From positions 393,918 to 457,917 of the forward strand of contig CBDBFU010000012.1 of NCBI GenBank assembly GCA_965205025.1: a DNA stretch of 64,000 bases, written 5' to 3'. This document shows, piece after piece, positions 20,536-29,259 of this stretch. The stretch comes from Candidatus Poribacteria bacterium (GTDB lineage: Bacteria; Poribacteria; WGA-4E; WGA-3G). Both the position numbers and the translations under genes were made by a program. The number at the start of each line of letters is the position of its first letter. Positions within the stretch are counted from its first letter, which is position 1. A model generated the notes under the pieces. It ran no database searches. It saw only the letters and a program-made list of their open reading frames with translations, and was not told the origin of the DNA.

Positions 20536-21327
20536 TTGTTACTATTGATAAGAAATTTAATGATATATTTAATACCTTTATATAGAATAGGATTAAATTA
20601 CCTATTACTATTTCCAATTATCTGTCTTATACCTCTTATTATTGCATGTGACACTGAAAATCTACTCAATACAGAATTGGAAATGCTTGAAATTGAAGTA
20701 GAGACAGAATCACAACAGCTAATTATTGGGGATACTACTACTCTTAATGCAACCGTTGATTACACTGGAGATCCTTCTGCGTTGATATATAAATGGAACG
20801 CAGATGCAGGAAGAATCCTTGGTAAGGGTAGAAGTATTGTATATGTTGCCCCACAGTCAGCTGGACGTTATACCATATCTCTTGAGGTTACTGATGGGAA
20901 GATTAAAAAGACCTACTCTCTTCACATTGATGTAGAGATCGGAAACGCAATCATTCTACTGCCTAACCGGCATTGGAAAGGAAATACATTCACTCAGGAA
21001 CTAACTTTTAGATTGAGTGTACATGAAATTCATAGAGAAAATATTACCTTGAGATATGAAATCCTACAAGAATCCGCACGAATTGGTGCATTTCTTAGTA
21101 TTGCTATAAACGATACAAACACCATAGAAGATAACTTAATCGGTACTGTACAACCCGGCGAACCGTTGATAGTTGCTGATGATGTTGATGTTTCTCATCT
21201 AATTACTGAAACAGGTATCTATGAAGTCAAATTGACATTGGATGTCATTGATGTAATGGATAATGCCTGGTTGTTAAAGAAATTAATGTTCATTGGTTTA
21301 GAAGGTACACTTTCAGAAATACAATAA
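20536..21327 (+). CDS. Putative lipoprotein with PKD/Ig-like domain
   Basis: IIAC lipobox-like motif; YKW...G.YTISLEVTDG; start uncertain. Confidence 0.6.
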   Translation: MLLLIRNLMIYLIPLYRIGLNYLLLFPIICLIPLIIACDTENLLNTELEMLEIEVETESQQLIIGDTTTLNATVDYTGDPSALIYKWNADAGRILGKGRSIVYVAPQSAGRYTISLEVTDGKIKKTYSLHIDVEIGNAIILLPNRHWKGNTFTQELTFRLSVHEIHRENITLRYEILQESARIGAFLSIAINDTNTIEDNLIGTVQPGEPLIVADDVDVSHLITETGIYEVKLTLDVIDVMDNAWLLKKLMFIGLEGTLSEIQ

Positions 21328-21343
21328 AAGAACAGGAATAGAA

Positions 21344-22471
21344 GTGGAAACTAAAATACAATCACATGTTGAAATTGACCTACTGAAAATACAAGATAAC
21401 GCAAAATCAATTAAAGAGTATTGTAACAGAAAATTGATTGCTGTTGTTAAAGCTGATGCTTATGGACATGGAGCAATACAGGTTGCAGGTGTCTTACATA
21501 ACATAACCGATATGTTTGCAGTCGCAACTGTTGAAGAAGGTATTGAACTACGACAAGCCGGTATACGAAATCCAATTCTTGTTTTATTTAGTACATTACC
21601 CGATACAGTTGATGAAATAATTTCTTATGAATTAACACCAACTATTGATAATTGGGATTTAGCTATAAGATTGAATGAAGCAGTCTTAGGTAGAAATTCA
21701 TTACTTCAATTTGTACCAATTGAGAAAGCAAATATACATCTTGATATAAATACTGGTATGAATAGAAGTGGAATACCACACCTTGAAGTAAAAAACTTCA
21801 TAGAAAAATTACAAACCCTCAATCGACTTGAACTTGAAGGGATTACAACACATCTGGCTACAGCAGAAGAAGATGATCAGACATTTGTTAATCTACAATT
21901 ACAGCGATTTGTTTCTTCAATTGAAGATGTTGAGAAATCAGATACAGGAATTCCATTTTTTCACGTTGCAAATAGCGAAGCGACATTATCCATTCCTGAT
22001 TCACATTTCGATGCAGTGAGACCTGGATTAGCTTTATATGGAATTTATCCTTCAAATTCATACTTTGTTGATTTACAACCAGCACTACGTTGGAAAACAC
22101 ATGTAAATTGGGTTAATATGATTGATAGTGGTGAAGGGATTAGTTACGGACTGACCCATAAGGTTACACAACCAACGCGTATTGCCGGAATACAAGTCGG
22201 TTATGGAGATGGTTATCCACGCTCTCTTTCTAATAAAGGGGAGGTATTAATTGGTGGAAAAAGACGACCAATTCTTGGTAGAATCTGTATGGATATTACT
22301 GTTGTTGGATTAGAAACAACAGATAACATTGAGATTGGTGATGAAGTAATCCTCATAGGCAAACAAGGAGACGAGGAGATTACTGTTGATGAAATCGCTG
22401 AAAAAGCTGAAACAATCCCATACGAGATTCTTACCCAAATTGGTAGTCGGGTAAAAAGAATATATACTTAA
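21344..22471 (+). CDS. alr: Alanine racemase
   Basis: AVVKADAYGHG PLP lysine motif, GYGDGYPR, GRICMD, TIPYEIL. Confidence 0.95.
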   Translation: METKIQSHVEIDLLKIQDNAKSIKEYCNRKLIAVVKADAYGHGAIQVAGVLHNITDMFAVATVEEGIELRQAGIRNPILVLFSTLPDTVDEIISYELTPTIDNWDLAIRLNEAVLGRNSLLQFVPIEKANIHLDINTGMNRSGIPHLEVKNFIEKLQTLNRLELEGITTHLATAEEDDQTFVNLQLQRFVSSIEDVEKSDTGIPFFHVANSEATLSIPDSHFDAVRPGLALYGIYPSNSYFVDLQPALRWKTHVNWVNMIDSGEGISYGLTHKVTQPTRIAGIQVGYGDGYPRSLSNKGEVLIGGKRRPILGRICMDITVVGLETTDNIEIGDEVILIGKQGDEEITVDEIAEKAETIPYEILTQIGSRVKRIYT

Positions 22472-22692
22472 GACTATCAATCTAATCGGTTTAGGGTAAA
22501 TATAGATTTAACGTGAATGGCATGCCAGATTCGTAAATCATAATACATTTACATTTAAAAATCACATGAAGAACAAAACTAAATTACTCTAACATACAAT
22601 CAAATTGTAATTGACCAATCCAATACGTATAATTATGTTAAAACAAATTTGTTGTTAATTTGTCACATCTACAAATTGACATGTCTATAATA

Positions 22693-22845
22693 ACCAAAGT
22701 TGCATCTAACGAATTTTGATCGTATCAACACAGTTTTTCAGATACTTTCCTCACCCCAGAGGGGTGAAATGTCTATAGAATAAGGTATATCAACATCCAG
22801 CACTCCAGTGGAGTGCTATCTAAGTAAATGAGTGGCAACTGTGGT
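22693..22845. mobile_element. MITE enclosing two GC hairpins
   Basis: TIR ACCAAAGTTGC / GCAACTGTGGT, flanking direct repeat TATAATA; inner CACCCC-AGA-GGGGTG and GCACTCC-AGT-GGAGTGC. Confidence 0.6.
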
Positions 22846-22923
22846 TATAATAGTGTATTTTTCATCCTGAAGAATTAGAAAGTTATCTCATCAATACTAT
22901 AGAATTTTAAAAAGGAGAACATT

Positions 22924-23718
22924 ATGTTAAAGAATATAAGATCTATAATAGTAGTAGTTATTTTTACACTACTCTTCCTTACACCATTTGCAGGAGCTCA
23001 GTTTCCCACTGATGGAGTGATTAGTTATTGGTCGTTTGATACTGGTACGATAAATGGAAAAACTGTAAAAGATGTATTAGGTGATAACGATGGAGAACTA
23101 ACTGGTAATCCAAAAATAGTTAACGGTAAAGTTGGGAAAGCACTCGAATTCGATAGTAAAAACTTTGTCCATATCCCTGGAACAAAAACCTTAGATTTCA
23201 ATGGTGTTGAGACAATGAGTGTATCAGTGTGGGTATATGGGGCAAAGGATTCTCCCGTAGATGGTGCAGTTGCAGGAGTATGTTGTGGAACGATTGTTGC
23301 ACAACGGGATACAAATGGATGGGCATTAAGATATGATGGAAGAAATGGTGGGGCTGAATACGAATTCATCACACAACCTGGATGGCAAGGCGATGGTGGA
23401 TTTGGGGTAGCAACATTTGCACAGAAAGAATGGCATCACCTTGTTGGTGTTGTTGATGGAAAAAAGAAATACCTTTACGCTGATGGAAAATTAGCTAAAG
23501 AGAGTGATTACAATGGTCCCATGCAGGGTGGCACTGAAACTGAAATAGGCAGTGCTGGTGCAGATGGAGGATACATCGGAATTATTGATGAAGTTGTTAT
23601 CTATAATAGGGCAGTAACAGAGAAGGAAGTAAAGGAATTATTTACCGCAGAAGGTCTTACTGTTATACCTAAAGGAAAAGCAGCTGTACAGTGGGGATTA
23701 ATAAAATCACGATTTTAG
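22924..23718 (+). CDS. Secreted LamG-like jellyroll protein
   Basis: Signal peptide, YWSFD, GKVGKALEFD, WHHLVGV, GIIDEV.IYNRA; C-terminal KGKAAVQWGLIK. Confidence 0.85.
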   Translation: MLKNIRSIIVVVIFTLLFLTPFAGAQFPTDGVISYWSFDTGTINGKTVKDVLGDNDGELTGNPKIVNGKVGKALEFDSKNFVHIPGTKTLDFNGVETMSVSVWVYGAKDSPVDGAVAGVCCGTIVAQRDTNGWALRYDGRNGGAEYEFITQPGWQGDGGFGVATFAQKEWHHLVGVVDGKKKYLYADGKLAKESDYNGPMQGGTETEIGSAGADGGYIGIIDEVVIYNRAVTEKEVKELFTAEGLTVIPKGKAAVQWGLIKSRF

Positions 23719-23777
23719 TTGATACATATCAAATATTGTATTATTGAATGAAGCCAAAGTGGGTTGTATTTACCGGC

Positions 23778-23823
23778 TTTTCTTCTGTAGGAAGGGATTC
23801 CGATCCCTTCCTACAGAAGAAAA
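23778..23823. repeat. Perfect 21-bp hairpin built from inverted GTAG-REP ends; possible bidirectional terminator
   Basis: TTTTCTTCTGTAGGAAGGGAT-TCCG-ATCCCTTCCTACAGAAGAAAA between convergent genes. Confidence 0.7.
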
Positions 23824-23901
23824 ACACCTAAAACTTTAGCGTGGACTGTCCACTACATTTAAAACACTTTTATTGTGTTATGGCAGATAACACATTGGTT
23901 A

Positions 23902-24156
23902 TTATCTTTTTAGATTAAGAAACTCATAAGGGTCAAACCACTCTTCGTTTTTAGTTAGAAGTTGGACACCTGCTGGAATATCCGCTTCAATTTGTGCAGG
24001 TATAGGCGTATTCGGATCCCGTGTTCTTGCGTTGTTTTCTATTTGCTGAAGAACCGATACATCACCCAAGATGTCTGTAATATATTTGACAACACCCAAA
24101 TCCGGTAAGGTGACACCACCCAGTATCCATTTGTTTGTCAAAAAATCACGATACAT
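23902..24156 (-). CDS. Short hypothetical protein, probably an internally deleted member of an N-terminally anchored family
   Basis: RBS AAGGAG; MYRDFLTNKWILGGV start but hydrophobic helix appears cut short. Confidence 0.5.
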   Translation of the reverse strand: MYRDFLTNKWILGGVTLPDLGVVKYITDILGDVSVLQQIENNARTRDPNTPIPAQIEADIPAGVQLLTKNEEWFDPYEFLNLKR

Positions 24157-24191
24157 CGTAACACTCCTTGCTTATTGTTGATGAATTGTAT

Positions 24192-24551
24192 TCAAACTGT
24201 GTTGTTAAAACGATCTGAAAGTGCAGATATAGCTGCATCTTCAGTATCGAAACGTTCAAAAAGGCGTATTAAGCGGTTTTGAACTATCAAGTTTCTCATA
24301 TGTCTGCCAACATTGATGATACCGATACGACCCCCTTTTGCACGTACCATGTTGTATGCAGTGATGAACACACCCAGACCCGCACTATCCATTTTATGTA
24401 CATGCTCAAAATTAATAAGAATAGAAGGAGTTTGTGTCGAATCCACATGTTTTATCAAAGTTTGTCGTAATTCAGGTATGGCTTCACCAATGATTTTTCC
24501 AGTCGGTTCTAATATCGAGACGCCATTCTTCGAGTGAGTTAACGTTGCCAT
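24192..24551 (-). CDS. STAS-domain anti-anti-sigma factor
   Basis: MDSAGLG phosphoserine motif; 119 aa. Confidence 0.9.
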   Translation of the reverse strand: MATLTHSKNGVSILEPTGKIIGEAIPELRQTLIKHVDSTQTPSILINFEHVHKMDSAGLGVFITAYNMVRAKGGRIGIINVGRHMRNLIVQNRLIRLFERFDTEDAAISALSDRFNNTV

Positions 24552-24614
24552 AAGTTCACCTCATCGTTTATATATGAATATGATTCCAAATGATTGGAAG
24601 TGGTTGCCTTATTA

Positions 24615-24644
24615 ACTATATAGATCTAAAGAGAAATTCTTTAG
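24615..24644 (-). promoter_or_regulatory. Putative alternative-sigma promoter for the STAS gene
   Basis: Minus strand CTAAAGA-N12-ATCTATATAGT, mirror of the motif at 24691. Confidence 0.4.
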
Positions 24645-24690
24645 TTTTTTTTTAGAAATTGTGCTAAATTGTGAGCATGATAAAAAATAA

Positions 24691-24720
24691 CTAAAGATTT
24701 TTTGATAAATCGTATATAAT
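24691..24720 (+). promoter_or_regulatory. Putative alternative-sigma promoter for the sigma gene
   Basis: CTAAAGA-N12-TCGTATATAAT. Confidence 0.4.
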
Positions 24721-24781
24721 TAATATAGGAGTTATGATCTGATTCAAATGTATTCCCAACTATTTTTATGGGAGATAAACG

Positions 24782-25441
24782 ATGTCAGAACTAAGAACCC
24801 CTCAGAATAGAGGCAAATGTCCATTTTATGTTACCCCACAAAATCCACTTTCAGCGGAATCGTCCATAGATCAATGTGTGAATTGTGTCAAAGGTAGCAA
24901 ATCACAATTAGAAAGTCATGTACAAGATTTGCGTCAAATTGCGTTATTGACAATATTGGAAGAAACCCCGAAGTATGACCCGGATCATCCCAGTGGAGCG
25001 AGTTATATTACCTTTATCAAGTCACGTGTATGCACACGGCTTTGGACGGAACGCCAAAAAGTGTTGCGCGAAATCCCTTTTACCCATCAAGAAGAAACTG
25101 ATAATATTGACAGTGACTCCAATCCGTTGACTGAAAAATTACAAGCACAAGCGTGTGAGATCAAAAATGTGGCGGATTCAGTAATAAAACAAATAGAAGT
25201 CGAGACCTTAAAAAATTACTTGCCGGAACTTTTGAATAAACTGACACAAAAGGAACGGAGTGTCATTGAGATGAAGTTTTTCAAGGAGTTCAGTGGTATA
25301 GAGATTGCTGACATATTGGAAGTTTCAGAGGGACGCGTCAGCCAGATCACACAATCCGCATTAGCGAAACTTGGTAAAGCATATTTGGGTACACTTGAAA
25401 AAGTTAAACACAATCCGTATCGAGATACAAGAAAAGAATAG
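24782..25441 (+). CDS. Sigma-70 family alternative sigma factor (FliA/WhiG-like regions 2 and 4)
   Basis: DLRQ...YDP..GASY.TF (region 2); LTQKERSVI...EIADILEVSEGRVSQI (region 4). Confidence 0.85.
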   Translation: MSELRTPQNRGKCPFYVTPQNPLSAESSIDQCVNCVKGSKSQLESHVQDLRQIALLTILEETPKYDPDHPSGASYITFIKSRVCTRLWTERQKVLREIPFTHQEETDNIDSDSNPLTEKLQAQACEIKNVADSVIKQIEVETLKNYLPELLNKLTQKERSVIEMKFFKEFSGIEIADILEVSEGRVSQITQSALAKLGKAYLGTLEKVKHNPYRDTRKE

Positions 25442-25594
25442 TTCTATAATAGTGGACATATCCAAGGGGAGGAATTAACCTAAACAGTTTAATACACGGG
25501 ATGAAAAGTAATTGTTGGCTATCACCTATTAGATTTCACACCAATATTCGGTAATTAAACATTTTTCTCCATACTCGCTATGAGTTGAAAATAA

Positions 25595-25629
25595 AAAAGG
25601 ATAATATTGATAAACAATATTATCCTTTT
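25595..25629. terminator. Hairpin terminator between convergent genes
   Basis: AAAAGGATAATATTG-ATAAA-CAATATTATCCTTTT. Confidence 0.6.
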
Positions 25630-26276
25630 CTTCAGCAATTATTCGTTTACTTAATTCAGTTGGTTTTAATATTTAACCTTAATCTTGCCCCATTTTGTTG
25701 CTATCTTGCCTTCTGCTTCTACAGAAGTAAGTGTGGGAGCCAATCCATTTTTCATTAATGTACTTATATCATCTGGTTCAAGCGCAACATCAAAAATTGC
25801 AACTTCATCAATTAGAGCATTACCAAACCTACCAGCACAACAACTATCTTTACCTATAAATACCGGACCACTATCAGCATCAAGTGGAGTTTTATTTAGA
25901 TCCATTTCGCTCTCTTCTTTGCCATCAATGTAAATAATCCATTTGCCGGTATCACTATTATAGGTTGTAGTATACATATGCCATTCGGTAATATCTGCTG
26001 GTCCAACAGCACCATCACTCCAACCACCTGGTTTATTCCAACAACCACCATTACATAATGCCCATGCAACATTTTTCGAATTCTGATTTGGATGTAGAAC
26101 ATAAGCATTACGCTTTTCTACAAACCAACCATGTGCATTCCATGTGTCTGTATTACTCTTGACCCAAAGTGAGATAGTGATTTGTTCCCGTGGATTTTCA
26201 TGGGCAGGAACTTCTATAAAAGCATCAGTTCCATTAAATTCAAGTGCTTTGCCGAATTTACCATTAACCCAATTTA

Positions 26277-27181
26277 TAGTGACCATCAGAATTAAAGAGA
26301 CATTTTTTGTATTTTGTAGTAGAATGTGTCTATTATGGCATATTCAACAGATTTACGCAAACGCGTTTTAGATTTTATTGAAGCTGGCGGGAAAAAAGCC
26401 GAAGCTGCCCGTCGTTTTTCTCTGAATCGTTCAACGATTTATAGATGGTTAGCCGCTGAAGACCCGCTTTCGACCCAAAAACCGGGGCCCAAAAACATGA
26501 GAGTGCTTGACGAGGCAGCACTGAAAAAACATGTCGCTGATTTCCCAGACTTGACGCAAAACGAACGCGCCTCACATTTCGGTGTTTCAGAGTCTTCTAT
26601 AGCCTATGGGTTGCGGAAACTCGGCATCACACGAAAAAAAAACAATCGGATATAAGGAGCGGTGCGATGAGAAACGTAGGGGCTACCGTCAGACACTCAC
26701 CGAGAAACACGCCGCTGGTAAAAAGATAGTTTATGTTGATGAATGCGGTTTTCGTGCTGAAAGTTATAGGCGTCATGGCTATGCCCCGAAAGGTGAATGT
26801 GTCTTAGGTTTGATCTCAGGCACAAGAACACGAACAACGACGCTGGTCGCAGCACGTATCGGTTCGACTTTTACGGCACCTTGTTTGTTTGATGGAAGCT
26901 GCGATTCTGCGTGTTTCAATGCGTGGCTTGAAGCCTATTTATGTCCACGGTTGTCTGTCTCAGACGTGGTTGTTCTTGATAATGCGAAGATCCACAAGAC
27001 GCTTCGGACGCGTGAGTTGATAGAAGCATCGGGAGCAGAGGTATTGTTTTTGCCACCTTATTCACCGGACTACAACCCGATTGAACACGACTTTGCGAAT
27101 ATCAAACGTCTCAGAGAATACAATGCTGATATAACCATTGATGAAGTTATAAACATGTATCATTAATTCTAAAGTTTACTA
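26277..27181 (+). mobile_element. IS630-family insertion sequence
   Basis: Imperfect TIR TAGTGACCATCAGAATTAA / TTAATTCTAAAGTTTACTA; TA duplication at 26275-76 and 27182-83. Confidence 0.92.
26335..27166 (+). CDS. IS630 transposase expressed through a frameshift/slippage at an A9 run
   Basis: MAYSTDLR HTH ORF and DDE ORF (VDECG, LDNAKIH, LPPYSPDYNPIE) overlap at A9 26634-26642 (ITRKK). Confidence 0.88.
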
Positions 27182-27818
27182 TAGTTTCCCTTGAAGAGTT
27201 CCATTAAGTTCATTGCCCGAAAGATCTTCAGCAACTGTTCCTTTACCTTCATCAAATAACCATGCACCTACAACATTTTCAATATCAATTTCTGCTCGCA
27301 CATTCATCTGAAATAATCCCATACTAAAACTAAGACAGATGATAATAGTGACCAAATTATTTAACTTCATTATTTCACTCCTATATTAGTTGTTTTTGTT
27401 GTTTTTAGTATACTATACCGTAGAGTTTAAGGTTAATTGTCTGGTAATTATTGTCTGGTAATTATTATTTCTCATAATTAATCCAACAAACAAGATATGT
27501 CTGTGATATAAAGCATATCATGAAGTGAATATAAGTCAAGAAAAATCTTGTAATGAATGTGGGATTGTAACATATCTTCATTTGACATGTATTGAATTAA
27601 CATGTTAAACTCTATCCTAACTACTTAGTATGACTACATACCATATTATTCTGAATTAAGGATAAATAGGTGTTTTTACTAACTTAAAATCTTGATTCTT
27701 AGATATTTTCAATTGAGAAACTATCGCACATCCTATTCCAATTTAAAATACTCAGGAATTACGCAATACCTCTTAAAGTCCCCTTGATAAGGGGCGGGGA
27801 ACGCCCGGTGAATGTCTA

Positions 27819-29059
27819 ATGAAGATTAATTTTTTAATTCGGTAAATTTTATTTTTGTGCTATCCTCTTGTTCAAGGAGGTATTTATTCATGGCAAAACA
27901 TCATAAACTTGAACTCAGTGAAACTGAACGACAAAAACTCGTTGAACTCCGTGATAAAGGCGAACCGGCTTATCTACGAGAACGCGCTGCTGCCCTTTTG
28001 AAAATAAGCGAGGGGTTTTCCCCTCACAAAGTCGCCCGAAAAATGCTCTTGAAAGAACGCGATCCTGATACGGTCTATTCGTGGCTTCACCGATACAATG
28101 AAAACGGTATTCAAGGTTTATTCTATACACCCGGTCGTGGTCGCAAACCTGCTTATTCCCCTAAATCCCCCGAAGAAGCAGAGGCGGAGGTCTATAATAC
28201 TATCGCACAGGGACCTGAACAACATAATCCGCATCAAACACGATGGACACTCCGATCCCTTGGAAACATCGTCCCTTGGCTCAGTGATGTGTCTGTGCCG
28301 GGTATTCACAAAATCCTTAGTCGACTCGGTCTCAGCTATAAACGCGCTCGCTTATACATACATAGTCCGGATACAGACTATGCCCAAAAAATAGACAGGG
28401 TCCAGCAAGTTTTGGAAGAGACCCGTCAACATCCACAGACCTGTGTTGCGCTTTACCAAGATGAGTTCTCGTTTTATCGCAACCCTACCATAGCAAAAGA
28501 CTGGGCACAAACAGGCACGAAAACACCTTTAGCCCGTCAGAGCTACAGACACAACCAAACGTGCTATGGGATCGGGGCTCTGAACCCACATACTGGAGAT
28601 GTTGTTTACCAGCAAGTTTCACGCTGCACTGCTGAAGCACTTCATTCTTTTTACACCGAGATTTGCCAACGCTACGCAAACAAGCAACGGATATATTTGA
28701 TACAAGACAATTGGTCAACCCACTTTCAAGCTAACTTATTGGAAGCACTTCTCCCGCAAACAGCATCGTTTGTGAAACCGAAGCCACCGAATTGGACAGG
28801 TAAACCCTCAGAGAAAATCGGAACACTACAAAAACTTCCGATTGAGATAATACAACTACCGACTTATGCGCCGTGGACGAACCCGATTGAAAAGTTATGG
28901 CGATGGGTGCGTCAATCGGTTTTACATAACCATCGTCATTGCGATGATTGGGAAATCGTGAAAGACAAGGTGATTAGTTTTATGTCGCAGTTCATAGGAG
29001 GATCACAGATGCTGCTACGCCAGATCGGATTATTACCGAATTAAAAAATTAATCTTCAT
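27819..29059 (+). mobile_element. IS630-like insertion sequence with perfect 27-bp TIRs
   Basis: ATGAAGATTAATTTTTTAATTCGGTAA at 27819-45 and its exact inverse at 29033-59; sits inside GAATGTC..GACATTC. Confidence 0.9.
27890..29044 (+). CDS. IS630-family transposase, single intact ORF
   Basis: RBS AAGGAGG; YQDE, IQDNWSTH and LPTYAPWTNPIEKLW DDE motifs. Confidence 0.9.
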   Translation: MAKHHKLELSETERQKLVELRDKGEPAYLRERAAALLKISEGFSPHKVARKMLLKERDPDTVYSWLHRYNENGIQGLFYTPGRGRKPAYSPKSPEEAEAEVYNTIAQGPEQHNPHQTRWTLRSLGNIVPWLSDVSVPGIHKILSRLGLSYKRARLYIHSPDTDYAQKIDRVQQVLEETRQHPQTCVALYQDEFSFYRNPTIAKDWAQTGTKTPLARQSYRHNQTCYGIGALNPHTGDVVYQQVSRCTAEALHSFYTEICQRYANKQRIYLIQDNWSTHFQANLLEALLPQTASFVKPKPPNWTGKPSEKIGTLQKLPIEIIQLPTYAPWTNPIEKLWRWVRQSVLHNHRHCDDWEIVKDKVISFMSQFIGGSQMLLRQIGLLPN

Positions 29060-29259
29060 ATGACATTCATACCCGGGGAATGCTAAATAGCATTCATACC
29101 GTTGATTCCTCAATTCCTTGATTCCTTAGGGGTTAAAAGACAAAAAAGCAATTAATTATCGGATTTTTTTGAATAAAATCTCCTGTTTTCTACACAAACT
29201 ACGTAAGTCCTGATACTCTTATGTGATAGTTATATAATATTCTTTATACATTAATTGGT

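Larger units (their letters stand above)
25666..27370 (-). pseudogene. LamG-like protein gene interrupted by IS630
   Basis: Removing the IS and one TA restores ...GTLQGKL-NWVNGKFGKALEF..., a 265-aa ORF ending EGKIATKWGKIKVKY. Confidence 0.9.
27753..29212. mobile_element. MITE with CAGGA(A/C)TTACG ends hosting nested repeats and an IS630-like element
   Basis: CAGGAATTACG ... CGTAAGTCCTG with flanking 5-bp direct repeat ATACT. Confidence 0.65.

Noticed and set aside
27436-27468. 14-bp tandem duplication ATTGTCTGGTAATT upstream of the LamG gene
   Set aside because: Two copies only; most simply a slippage duplication
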